A stretch of DNA of 63,910 nt, filler included, from Octopus bimaculoides (lineage: Eukaryota): assembly GCF_001194135.2 (NCBI RefSeq). It is 5 parts of 4 records of this genome, joined end to end, with 100 filler letters (N's around TTAATTAATTAA, not from the genome) between each part and the next. Parts side by side here need not be neighbours in the genome. Positions count along the whole stretch, not along the records: positions 1 to 24,451 come from NC_068993.1; positions 24,552 to 41,695 come from NC_068983.1; 3 more parts are not named here. One strand, given 5' to 3'. Of the stretch, positions 23,925-35,302 are shown in pieces. The notes under the pieces were generated by a model, which saw only the letters and a program-made list of their open reading frames with translations, was not told the DNA's origin and searched no databases. A program made the position numbers and the translations under genes. The stretch's first letter is position 1; every line of letters begins with the position of its first letter.

Positions 23925-23996
23925 GTGAGAGAGAAAGAGGGGGTGAGAGAGAAAGAGGGGGTGAGAGAGAAAGAGAGAGTGAGAGAGAAAGAGGGA
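23925..23996. repeat. 18-bp minisatellite, about 4 copies
   Basis: GTGAGAGAGAAAGAGGGG repeated. Confidence 0.85.
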
Positions 23997-24087
23997 GAAA
24001 GTGTGTGTAAGAGAGTTCTAGAGAACAACAAATTTAGGTGGAATGTAGAGAAGGAAGAATACTGTACAAAGAGACACAGGTGTAACA

Positions 24088-24241
24088 TAGGTGCAGGCAT
24101 GGCTGTGTGGTAAGACATTTCCGTTCCAACCAAATGGTTCCAGGTTCAGTCCCACTGCAGGTCGTCTACTGTAGCATTGGGCTGGCCAAAGCCATGTGAG
24201 TGTATTTGGTCGGCAGAAACTGAAAGAAGCCCATTGTATAA

Positions 24242-24296
<55 letters not shown>

Positions 24297-24450
24297 GCTG
24301 TTTCCCACTACCACTTGGCAACCAGTGTTGGTGTGGTTACATCCCCATAAATTAGCGGTTTGCTGAAAGAGATCAATAAAATAAGTACCAGGCTTTGCAA
24401 AAAGAAAACAAAAAAGTACTAGGGTCGAATCATTTGACTACAAATTCTTC
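24088..24450 (+). mobile_element. SINE family A copy with internal (GT)n
   Basis: GGTGCAGGCATGGCTGTGTGG...AGGTTCAGTCC...(GT)n...AGTACCAGGC. Confidence 0.85.
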
Positions 24451-24630
24451 ANNNNNNNNNNNNNNNNNNNNNNNNNNNNNNNNNNNNNNNNNNNNTTAAT
24501 TAATTAANNNNNNNNNNNNNNNNNNNNNNNNNNNNNNNNNNNNNNNNNNNNTAATAATAACAATAACAATAATAATATTGACATCGAAAAATGCCTTAGG
24601 AATGAGAACCTAGTTTCGAAATTTCCCCAA

Positions 24631-24676
24631 GACACCTGATGAAGGTTGTTTGGTATATCAGCCGAAACGTTGTGTT
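24631..24676 (+). ncRNA. Minimal type I hammerhead ribozyme in the 5' pLTR
   Basis: Stem I GACAC/GTGTT, CTGATGA at 24636-42, stem II GGTTG/CAGCC, GAAA at 24664-67, ACGT palindromic stem III, GUU triplet at 24669-71. Confidence 0.8.
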
Positions 24677-26608
24677 AACCAAAAAACAAGATGAGGACAA
24701 ATATCCATCAAATGTAAATAATGAAAATAACGTACATAATTACTCATCTCTTAAATATATAACTGTATTATCGAATCGGTACGGAGCCGACATTAGACTT
24801 CAATGGAGATATATAAACAAACTCCATCAAAAACTAGCTCCTCTTTCAAACCATCTAACTTTCGGTGTAGAAGTAGAGACTCAAAGATAAAACCTCCTGG
24901 CTTGAATATAATGACACCAGTGGATCCATATAAAGCTAGAAGAGTATCGGAAAGGGAAGGATATGCTCTTGTTCGCGAGAAGGTCCATTACAACCGTTGT
25001 AAAAAACATCAACTAAGTAACGAAATCAAAGTGGGTTTATCGTCATTACTTTGACAAATATGAAAGCAAAACCTCCTAAACCAAATGTCACTAGGGAAGA
25101 AAATTTCGCTATCAAAAGACTACAGAGTGACGATTCCATCACAATGGTTCCAGCGGATAAGGAAAATGGTACAGTGGTGATGAACAAGTCTGACTACTCG
25201 GAAAAATTTGCAAGTCTCATAAGTGATGGTAGCTATAGCAAAGTTAAGAAAGACCCAACTCTGAAAACAAAGAAATTGTCATAAATCTTGACCAAGAACA
25301 AGGATCACCTAACATCAATGACTCTGACTCAACACTACACTATACTACCACACATGTACGTTCTTCCTAAGATCCACAAGGATGGTATTCCATTAAAACC
25401 TATAGTGAGCTGTAGATGTTCAGTATTTCAACCACTAAGCTGCTTCCTTGTGGATAAAATCAGTCAATTAGCATGAAAGTCAACATAGTTCGTCAAGAAT
25501 TCCACCCACTTCACAGAATTGATCAAGGATACCCCCACTGAATCCAACCAGATGGTAAATCTAGATTTGAAAAGTCTGTTCAGCAAAGTCCCAAAGAGAA
25601 AGTAGTGACAGACACCCATCTAAAAGAACGCACTAAAATACCAATAAGAAACTTGATAGAAATGTTGACATTCTGTGTAGAAACTAACCACTTCAGTATG
25701 GACACTGATATATATCGACAAGAAGAGGGTTTGGTTATGGGTTCGCTATTATCACTGATAATAGCCAATGTATACATGGAAAACTTTCATAATTTGGCTT
25801 TAGGAACAACACCACAAACCAACACTAATGGTTGCGATATGTTGATGCAATCTTTATACTCTGGCCCACCAGGATGATATCCAAGTGCTGTTAGATCATG
25901 TAAACTAAATAAAGCAATTCATACAGTTCACAATGGAAAAGGAAGAAAACAATCAGCGATCATTTCTGGACTTATTAATAACATGCACCAAATATGGATT
26001 CAGGACATCCGTAAGAATCTGTTAAGCAACAACTACCCTAAAAACATACTATCCACTCCAATTATGAAGAAAAGAGACGATGAAACCCATAAACTGCCCA
26101 CAGTCTGTCTGCTCTATGTGAAAGGCGTCGCCTAAAAGATAGAAAATATGTGCGGCCCATATGACTTCAGGACAGTATTCAAAAGTAATACGACACATCA
26201 CAAATATCTCCTTCGAGTAAAACCACCAATTGAAGAGAATATGACAAAAACTGCGTGCATCCTATGCAGCTGTGGTAGGTTATACAAAGGCGAAACATGT
26301 CGCCCCCTCAAAATAAGCGTAGAGGAACATCGCAAAGCTGTGACACGAGTAGATATTGATAAATCGGTTATAGCTGATCATGTATGGAGAAATTGAGACC
26401 ACCTCGCCCTGTGGGATGACGTTAAAATAATAGACAGAAAACACCACTCGAGAATACGAGAACTAAAAGAAGCAGCACATATGCTGGGGCACAACAACCT
26501 CTTAAGCAGACCGAGCGCAGATATGAGTAGCATATGGGAACTGGTATTAGGGAAGCATAGGAAAATATTTGATTTATAAATCCTAAAATTCACTCTATAA
26601 TAGTCCAA

Positions 26609-26680
26609 GGGCAGACGGCATAGTGGTTAAAAGCGCAGTCTACTAACACAAGATTTCGAGTTCGATTCCAGGCAGTGGCA
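26609..26680 (+). promoter_or_regulatory. tRNA-like cassette (Pol III A and B boxes) in the PLE 3' region; not a functional tRNA
   Basis: A-box-like CGGCATAGTGG (26616-26), B-box GAGTTCGATTCC (26658-69), anticodon-loop-like CTACTAA, and no complementary acceptor stem. Confidence 0.65.
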
Positions 26681-26746
26681 TGAATAATAATAATGATATC
26701 GAAAAAATATCTTAGGAATGAGAAACCAGGTTCGAAATTTCCCCAA

Positions 26747-26792
26747 GACATCTGATGAAGGCTGGAGTGTATATCAGCCGAAATGTCGTGTT
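26747..26792 (+). ncRNA. Minimal type I hammerhead ribozyme in the 3' pLTR
   Basis: Stem I GACAT/GTGTT, CTGATGA at 26752-58, perfect stem II GGCTG/CAGCC, GAAA at 26780-83, GUC triplet at 26785-87. The stem III palindrome is mutated from ACGT to ATGT. Confidence 0.8.
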
Positions 26793-28124
26793 TACAACGA
26801 TGAAGACAGATATCCGTCAAATGTAAATAATGTACATATTTCCTCATCTTTTAAATATAGAACTGTATATTAGCATTGTAACTTTATCTAGACAAGGAGC
26901 TGCATTTTGTGTGGTAAATAAAATTCTTATTCTTCAAATACTTTATGGAATAGTTCCATTAATTCTATTTAACCGAGAAACATATGATTATGCTTATTAC
27001 GACGTGGGATGATATCAGTAAAATTGAAGTGAATATAAGGTGATGATTTCATTTAATCACTGGCTAAGACACTGCTTTAGACCCGGGCGAGACTGCATTT
27101 AATCATACACTTTAAAAGAAAACAAAGTGTAGTTTAATGGAGACTTGACATATTAGTTTAAAGAAATAAGAGGAAAAATTAAGTGTCTATGTTATATTAT
27201 CTTGTTGCGGGTCAGGTAAAACTACAGTGCATTTGTAATATATATATACATATATATATATATTACAAATAATGGTCATCACATACTTTTTTTCTTTATT
27301 GGAGCAAATTTGGCTTACAGCTCTTTCTAGTCGTCATTATAGGTACATTGCTGATAGGTTTACACAATTGGTCTGCTGATCAGTTGAAGAAAATTGAACG
27401 ACCTAAGAATATTAATGCTACTTTCGCCATTAACAATTCTGGTTATCTTTTTGCATATTTGGTCTAATTTTCTCACATGTGGATTCCGTGTTAGTGAGCG
27501 GGGTGGGGTTTTAATTTAATGTTCCTACCTATGTTCCATATATCTTCCACAAACTCACCCAAATGCGGGTTGAAAGGAAGGATTTTTCTGCTTCTAAATT
27601 CAATCTCCCATATGCATACATGTATATACATGCAAACACGTAAACTCATTTAGATATCTATATGTATTCTCTCTATCTGTATATATATATATATACTTAA
27701 AACATACGGAAACTGAGTTGAATGATTTATTGATTCTAAATTTGTAAAAATATAATATAACATTGAATACGCATTGTACGTTAATAATAGGAGACCTTTA
27801 TATTTACTTCTCTTTTCTTACACCATTATTCATGGATAGAGTTTAACTATTTTGTAATATGTGATCAAAAATTTGATTTACCGTGACAACACAAGATATT
27901 AGATTTAAACGAGTATTACACACAAGATTCCTGGAGGAATCAATCACTTCTTCCAAAATTCAATATTACAACCATCCTCCTTAAAATAGACAAAACTTGT
28001 TCATCTTTACATTGCAAGTCTTTTCATTACTTAAAACAGAAAAAAAAAGAAAAGGAACAGATTTAACCTGAGAAATTTATTCAAAAGTTCTTTGTGAAAG
28101 TGTATGTATATTAGCTTAAAATGT

Positions 28125-28320
28125 TGGTACAAAATCCACAATTTCGTGGGAGGGGTTAAGTCGATTACATCGACCCCTGTGCTCAAATAGTAATTATTTT
28201 ATCGATTGCGAAATGATAACAGCCAAAGCAAACTACGTCAGCATTTGAATGCATAACATAAATTTGCAAAAAATGCATTTTGGCTAGCGTGGTAGAGTTT
28301 CTGCCAGCTCGCCGCCTACA
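28125..28320 (-). mobile_element. SINE family B, degenerate
   Basis: AAGTCGATTACATCGACCCC...TTTCTGCCAGCTCGCCGCC. Confidence 0.65.
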
Positions 28321-28700
28321 GATGTTTTAGTATTAATAGAGCATTCTATTAAAACAAAATTGATTAGAAGTCAATTTTCAATAAACATTAGGAACACCTG
28401 TTCTTATGTCCAGTGATTTGTATTTGTGTAACCATTTCCATTTTTTCCGTCCTTGTTTTCGTATACATTCACTGCTTTCTTCGAAGGAATCTCTTAGCTT
28501 AGTTTTTCCTTGGGGCTGTCCAGATTGGAGCAATCTTGAGTATAACCAGCCGAATTTGCAATGATAATCTGGAACTCGACTGAGGAAACAAAACTCCGAA
28601 TGACCCGTCCTTGTTTTCTTTGTATCGTCTATCTGGATATTTTGTTGTCCCTTTCTTGTATCACCTAACTGTCTGGACGTTTTGCGTTCTTGTCTCATTT

Positions 28701-28758
<58 letters not shown>

Positions 28759-29774
28759 TTAGAGAAAAAATTGTAGTTTGGAATCAGTAGTTCTTTGACT
28801 GCTATTTCTGAAATCTCAGTATGTTGGAGAAGCAGGCTACTGCTAATCCATGTATATTTATGATTATAAATGGTTTTACCGATAAAGGTTTTTTCATACT
28901 GAGTAAAATTGTTAATTATTAATGTTATTACTAATTGATGATTCCCTGACCTATATATCTATATATTTATATATGTATATATATATAGGCATGTAGGTAT
29001 GTATACATTGCATCCACGATAAAGTGTATGCTTGAGCATGTGTGTGTGTTTGTTTGTGTGTGTGTGTGTATTTATATATGGATGGTTAGTTAGGTATTAT
29101 AATATTACTTTGCCGCAGCAGGACTAATGTGAACTGAATATACCTATATTAATAGTGCAGAGTATCTGCAGGCCCTGGCAGCATTCTGTAGCATCATTAA
29201 CGATTACACGAACAAGATTTTCAAAATCACATTCATTAGGTTACAGGAATTTTGGTTTTAAATAGTTGTGTGTCTGTGTACGTATCATAGATAAATAGTG
29301 AAACAATTCATAGTTATATATATATACATATATACATATATATATATATACATATGTAAATGTATATATATGTACGTATGTATTTATATCAATATGTGTG
29401 TATTGTTTCAGTGTCTGTATCCTTTTCCAGTCAAAATATTTTATAAGATATCAGTTATGAGTCGTAATAGAGGTCGATAGTTTGTACTTTTATCTTGCAA
29501 TTCATTATTTCTGAGTTTGGAAGACTTGTTCACGTAATCCTCGGAAAATTATGTTGTGAACTGAATTCTCTGCTCCCTAGTGACTGCGCTGCTGTTTGAA
29601 ATTCAAGTTTAAATACAAACCATCTACTTGTAATTTTTCTCATAACTTGTGTAAATTGCATTGCGTTCGATATAGGAAATCGTACTAATTTATTTACATC
29701 ATACAATGATTCAGGCAAACTGTACTAATATATGCATATATATATATATATATATATGTGTGTATGTAGAATAA

Positions 29775-30070
29775 ATGCGCGTGGCTTAGTGGTTTGGGTA
29801 TTCGGCTCAAGATCGTAAGGTTGTACATGCTGGTGCGTTGTGTTCTTGAGCAATATACTTTATTTAACGTTAACCCAGTCCATTTAGCTGACAAAAATTA
29901 GTAGTACGTGTATTTTGAAGGGCCGGTTTTGTTACATTCAGTTGAAGTTGAATCTACCTGAGAACTAAATTAAGGGAACGCACTTTTGTGGATTGATCAG
30001 TCACATGCACGTAAATTTCACGAGCAGGCTTTTGTGTAGATCGAATCAATTGGAATCGTCGTCGATAGGT
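29775..30070 (+). mobile_element. SINE family C (tail type 2), degenerate
   Basis: GCGCGTGGCTTAGTGG...GTTGTGTTCTTGAGCAA...AATTTCACGAGCAGGC. Confidence 0.7.
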
Positions 30071-31730
30071 TATGAGAGGTAATGGTGTCATTAAGACCTA
30101 AAGGTGTCAGGTTATGCTGAATAAGTGCTATGGATAGACCATAGTGAAGCTCCAGGTTCGGTGACTATGCGAATAAGGAGTCCAACGTAGGTCATATATC
30201 ATCATGTGTATATATAAAAAAAATGTTTTTTCAGAATGAGATAAAGAAACCAAGGGTGTGAAGGTTTTGGAACATTTATAAATACAAGGTCATACAGCTG
30301 TTTCCACGATATTTATTATATCTCTTCCAGTTTTCGATTTGACTTTACAAATGCATTCCCTACTTTTAGGTCACTTTAAATAAAACCCTTGATTCAATAG
30401 CGCTGTGTATACAAACGCTATACTTGGAATGGCTAATTTGAAATACTATTGGATTTAACTCACAAGGTATTGGAATCTTATATCTATACCATTCTGCCTA
30501 AATAATGGATCTACAAATGCAATATCTCTGCATATCTCACATCTATTTTCATTCCTCTATTTCACTTTCTATTTTGTATCTAAATTATTAGTTGTGTTAT
30601 ATTTAGTATATAAATTCACCTCCGACAAGTTAATATAATTCAAATTAAACCATCTGATTTTTTTCTTATCCAAATGAAACAGGCAACTGTAATCTGGCTG
30701 AAAAAGTCTGGGTTCTATTGAAATTTAACTAAAGCATAATTGTGTTAATATATTTTTCTTTAACTCCTCTTCTCGGAGGTTACCGCCGACTCTAATACGT
30801 TTCTTTAGTCTTAATATATCCTTGTCTATTTTCCATCTTTTTAAAAACACACTCAGTGTTCACCTACATATATTTATTTATTTCCATATCAGTTATGTAG
30901 TTCTATATTCAAGCAGCACTTTTCATCTTTTCAACTATCGATAAACTGCTGCATTGTAAGTATACAATTATTCGGTACATGTCCATTAAATGTGTATTCA
31001 TATAAAGTATCCCGAAAGGGGAATTATTATCACTTTTCACTTTTCTCCCATCTCAGCTCTTACACCTGCTACACTTACTACGATTTTTTTAAAGTAAAGA
31101 TATTCTGTTCTGTTTCTTTTTTTCTAAAAAAAAAAATATTTCCATGTTAGATCTCCATGTTTCCTCCTGCGACCGCACAGCATTATTTATTTAACTCAAT
31201 TGCTTACTCTGAAAATTCGATTTGTATGCAATCAAAGAAACCACCTACTTGGAAGTATAAATACACATATGCACACATGAACACTCCCACACACACAGAG
31301 ACACACACTATGCATTAGCAGTCAAACACACTCGAATACTTATACACACATGCATATTCAAACCCACATAAATCCCATGTGCAAATGGATANNNNNNNNN
31401 NNNNNNNNNNNNNNNNNNNNNNNNNNNNNNNNNNNNNNNNNNNNNNNNNNNNNNNNNNNNNNNNNNNNNNNNNNNNNNNNNNNNNNNNNNNNNNNNNNNN
31501 NNNNNNNNNNNNNNNNNNNNNNNNNNNNNNNNNNNNNNNNNNNNNNNNNNNNNNNNNNNNNNNNNNNNNNNNNNNNNNNNNNNNNNNNNNNNNNNNNNNN
31601 NNNNNNNNNNNNNNNNNNNNNNNNNNNNNNNNNNNNNNNNNNNNNNNNNNNNNNNNNNNNTTTTTTTTTTTTTTTTTTTGAAAAACACAAGAACGCCTGT
31701 GATAGTTGAAGAAATATTCATCTTAAAAAA

Positions 31731-32114
31731 TTATGGCCGGGCCAGTTGTCTTCCTTCGCTTGATAACAAGGTTTTCCAATTTTGAAGTAATAATTTCCGA
31801 AAATGTAGACAACCCCACTCGGCTTCCGTCTTGAAGTTCAAGTAGCCTCCTGGCTCATGTGAGTTCACAAGTATTATATATATTTTCTGCCATACACAAT
31901 TAACATAGTCTTGTTCCATTGCGATAGGGTCCACAAGTTTCTAACATTTTGCACCTGATGTTAAAGGGCGTATGATCGTCCTTTACGTACCATATGTATG
32001 CTGCGAGTTTCGTTGTGTTGCATCAATCCAGGACCCTGAAATAAGATCTGTGGTTGCTGAGGCGAATTTTAACTTTTGATTCACAAGATCCAACGTATAT
32101 TTTAGTGCGTGTCC
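31731..32114 (-). mobile_element. Inverted copy of the 3' end of the adjacent PLE
   Basis: Reverse complement of 33671-34057. Minus-strand translation YIILVNSHEPGGYLNFKTE..GCLHFRKLLLQNWKT matches YIILTK*HESEGYLNSKAE..SCPHFRKFVLQNWKT. Confidence 0.85.
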
Positions 32115-34190
32115 CTGTCTAGAAGATTCCTACCCAAGATCAACGAATTCGAAGATTTCGCAGCAGACATGCTGGGCATTATACCGAACCTTAGGTTCTG
32201 TAAATCTTTATTCACCTTTCAACGTAGAATTAGATCCAATTTACACCTCCTTAAGAATACAGCTAGAACCCTACTATTTTCAGCTAAAACAAATAACATT
32301 TATAAGATAGATAATGACACTACAACATACCTATGATAACATCAATAATGAGGCAAAGCTAATAACCACCGACCTAAACTTTGCCTATCCGGTAGAAAAA
32401 ACTAGCTAAACGTAATGGTTTTATAACTATCAAGGATCACAACTCGAACTTCGCTTCCAACATTAAATGCCGCCTGCTTAACCCTGCCAAGTCCCAAATC
32501 GGACTGGTGATTAAACACATCCTAAGAAGGGTTAATATAGACATAGGGAAGGCATCAAATTTATCTTTATGGCGTAACACAATCGAGATGTTACATTGGT
32601 TTGAGACCAAACGAAACATTTAGAGCAAAGTTCATACAATTCCATATAGTAGGCTTTTATCCATCATTATCGAAAATGTTACTTGATAAGGCTTCAGTAT
32701 ATGCTAGGCGAATCATCGACATAAGTGATAGAGAAATGGAAATAATTATGCACGCTAGGACAACGCTACTGTTCAACCAGGATTTAACCTGGGGCAAACG
32801 AACAGACCCTGGAGGCTCTTTCGACGTTGCGATGGGGTCATATGGCATCGCTGATATTTGCGACCCTATAAGGTTTTACATTCTGGATACCCTGGGTAAT
32901 AAATGCCCCTCTGTCCACTTCGACTTATATAGAGATGATGTCTTAGCCATCTCCAGAGGCACTAACGGCCATACATTAGACAGGCTTAGAAAAACATCAT
33001 ACATAGCCTCAACATCCTTGACCTTAAAATCCCCATACAGACTAACCACACCATGGTGAACTTGGATGCCACGGTTGATTTAGACAGTGGCACCTACAGA
33101 CCATACCACATTCCGAATGATAGGCTATCATACATTAAAACAGCCTTTTGCTACCCAACCATAGTGTTCAAAAACCTAATAAAAGTTATCACTAAACGGA
33201 TTCCCATGTTGTCTTCATATAAAGATATTTTCGACGCAGCGACTCCCGCTAACAATGAAGCGCTAACGGCCAGCGTGTTCAATGACTATATAGTATATAT
33301 ACTAGGATCGAGCAACCATGAAAGGAAACGCCACCGCAAGGCTTTATGGTTTGCTACCCCTTCAACCTAAACGTCCGGACATACGTACGTAAGATTTTTC
33401 TGAGGTTGATTGATAAGCATTTCTCGCAATCACGCAAATATAGAAAGATCTTTAACGCACATAATTTAAGCATCTCTTTCAGTTGTGCATCCAATGTTAA
33501 GAAGCATTTACTTACTACTCCTAAACTACGGGCAGAATAAGGTTGTTCATGCAAAATTAGAAATGAAAGCCCAGTGGACGGCCGATGTAACACCGAGGAT
33601 AGAATGTACCAAGCATAGATAGCCTCAAACATTAGTAGCAGTAATATCAGTAATATCAATGACAATGCATGGACACACACTAAAAGCTATATCGGATCTT
33701 GTGAATGAATCCAAATTAAAAATTTGCCTGAATAACCACAGATCTTCTTTCAGGATCCTGGAGAGACGCAAAACAACGAAACTCGCAGCATACTTATGGC
33801 GCCTACAGGACGATCATACGCCCTTTAACATTAAGTGGAAATTACTAAAAACTTGTGGACTCTATCACAATGGAACAAGACTATGTAAATTGTGTATAGC
33901 AGAACAATATATAATCCTTACGAAGTAACATGAGTCAGAAGGCTACCTGAACTCCAAGGCAGAAGCCGTGGGGAGTTGTCCACATTTTCGGAAATTTGTA
34001 CTTCAAAATTGGAAAACCTAGGTATCAAGCGAACGAAGACAACTGGCCCAACCATAATGTGTTATCTGGAATGTTTCGTCATGAGCTTTCCTGTGTTAAG
34101 AAAAATGCACAGAGAACAGTTATCGTTTAGAGAAAGTGAATATATGTCTAGTTCACGTTAGATATGAAACCAATGTTTTTTTTCTAAAAC
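32115..34190 (+). mobile_element. Second Penelope-like element of a different clade, decayed RT plus GIY-YIG
   Basis: KTNNIYKID, ITIKDHNSNF..KCRLLNPAKSQIG, LWRNTIEMLHWF, FHIVGFYPSL, FDVAMGSYGIADICD, FDLYRDDVL, CSCKIRNESPVDGRC, KSYIGSCE, NHRSSF..TKLAAYLW, CKLCIAEQYII. Confidence 0.9.
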
Positions 34191-34239
34191 TGTTACTTTA
34201 CAAATGCATACACACACACACACACACACNNNNNNNNNN

Positions 34240-34272
<33 letters not shown>

Positions 34273-34289
34273 CTTTTATTTTGCGCATG

Positions 34290-35092
34290 CACATTGTTTA
34301 CTTTTGGAATTTGTCGACTGCATAATATAGTAGGGGCAGTTGGACACCGTCTGTGAGAACAACAGCAGCCATTCACACCAACCCAATTCACACTGCCAGA
34401 AATTTTGGAAGCAACATGCTGTACCGCTTAGCACTCATGCCGGAAGTTCTAATACGAACATTTCACAGTCTTTGGGTGTCAATCTGAGGACCGTGCATAT
34501 AATAAGAGTGATAAAAGCAATCATCCAGTCAACATCATGGCGTTTGGAGTGATCGCTACTGATGTTGACGTTATGCCTCCCTTCATCTCCCACACGACCT
34601 CACACTCAACACGGAAGCTTACATCAGGTGCTGGAAGAAGTAGTGCTGCTCTGAGTCAAGAAGGTGGCTGCTGGAAGACCCTATGTCTAACAACAGGATT
34701 CTGCGCCATGCCACACAAGCAGGAGAATCCACTCATGGCCGTCAGAGAATTTCTGCAACTATTTCACCCCTAACATCTGACCACCTAACTACCCAAACTG
34801 CAAACCACTTGATTATAATGTGCGGGGTGCAGTTGAGTGAGAGACCAACAAAACACCTTGTAACACCAAAGATGAATTGAAGGCAGGGTTTACGTCGGCT
34901 TTAACCAACAGGAAATTCCAGAGTCCTTTAGAGTCGGTTAAAGCGAATGTCGATTTTATTGAATAAAAGATATTTTCCAAGATATTTTTGTTATTTTAGT
35001 AAATTCATCTTTTAAAATGAGATGTCAGTGTTATTTTCATTTATCCGTAATTATGCGACAGTTTATTCCCCATACTCTGTATATATATATAT
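34290..35092 (+). mobile_element. Tc1/mariner-superfamily (maT/DD37D-like) transposon, internally deleted
   Basis: Reads HAGSSNTNISQSLGVNLRTV, then jumps to IMAFGVIATDVDVMPPF..LNTEAYIRCLEEVV...QQDSAPCHTSR...PPNYPNCKPLDY...NTKDELKA. The right end CCCCATACTCTG is followed by TA. The D-D spacing was not counted exactly. Confidence 0.8.
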
Positions 35093-35199
35093 ATAAATAT
35101 ATATATATCGAATAGTATTTTAGAATGTCTAATGGAATTAATCATTTTTCCTTTATGCAATTGTGTACATTTAAACAAATGGAGACAGCAGCTAACAGT

Positions 35200-35302
<103 letters not shown>

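Larger units (their letters stand above)
24552..26870 (+). mobile_element. Penelope-like element (Penelope/Poseidon type), decayed RT plus GIY-YIG, flanked by direct pLTRs
   Basis: Frameshifted motifs ITMVPADKENGTVVMNK, YVLPKIHKDGIPLKPIVS, LDLKSLFSKVP, YRQEEGLVMGSLLS.IIANVYME, RYVD, IQFTMEKE, and CSCGRLYKGETCRPL..SVEEHRKAV...KSVIADHVW. Direct repeats at 24552-24770 and about 26682-26870. Confidence 0.93.

Noticed and set aside
24496-24507. TTAATTAATTAA island inside N-runs (also 41740-41751, 57156-57167, 62673-62684)
   Set aside because: It is identical each time and centred in gaps. It encodes stops in all six frames, so it is an assembly contig-joining spacer rather than biology.
26609-26680. 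Annotating this as a real tRNA gene
   Set aside because: The acceptor and anticodon stems do not pair, and it lies inside a TE. It is kept only as a tRNA-like promoter cassette.
28380-28700. Segment ending in (TA)n with CTGAGGAA...CCGAA, resembling a PLE end
   Set aside because: It is single-copy in the window, has no HHR core or stems, and gives no recognisable translation.
34131-34170. Possible hammerhead at the 3' end of the second PLE (7-bp stem ATGTCTA/TAGATAT followed by GAAAC)
   Set aside because: There is no CUGANGA upstream (it reads GTGAATA) and no clear stem I. At most it is a decayed relic.
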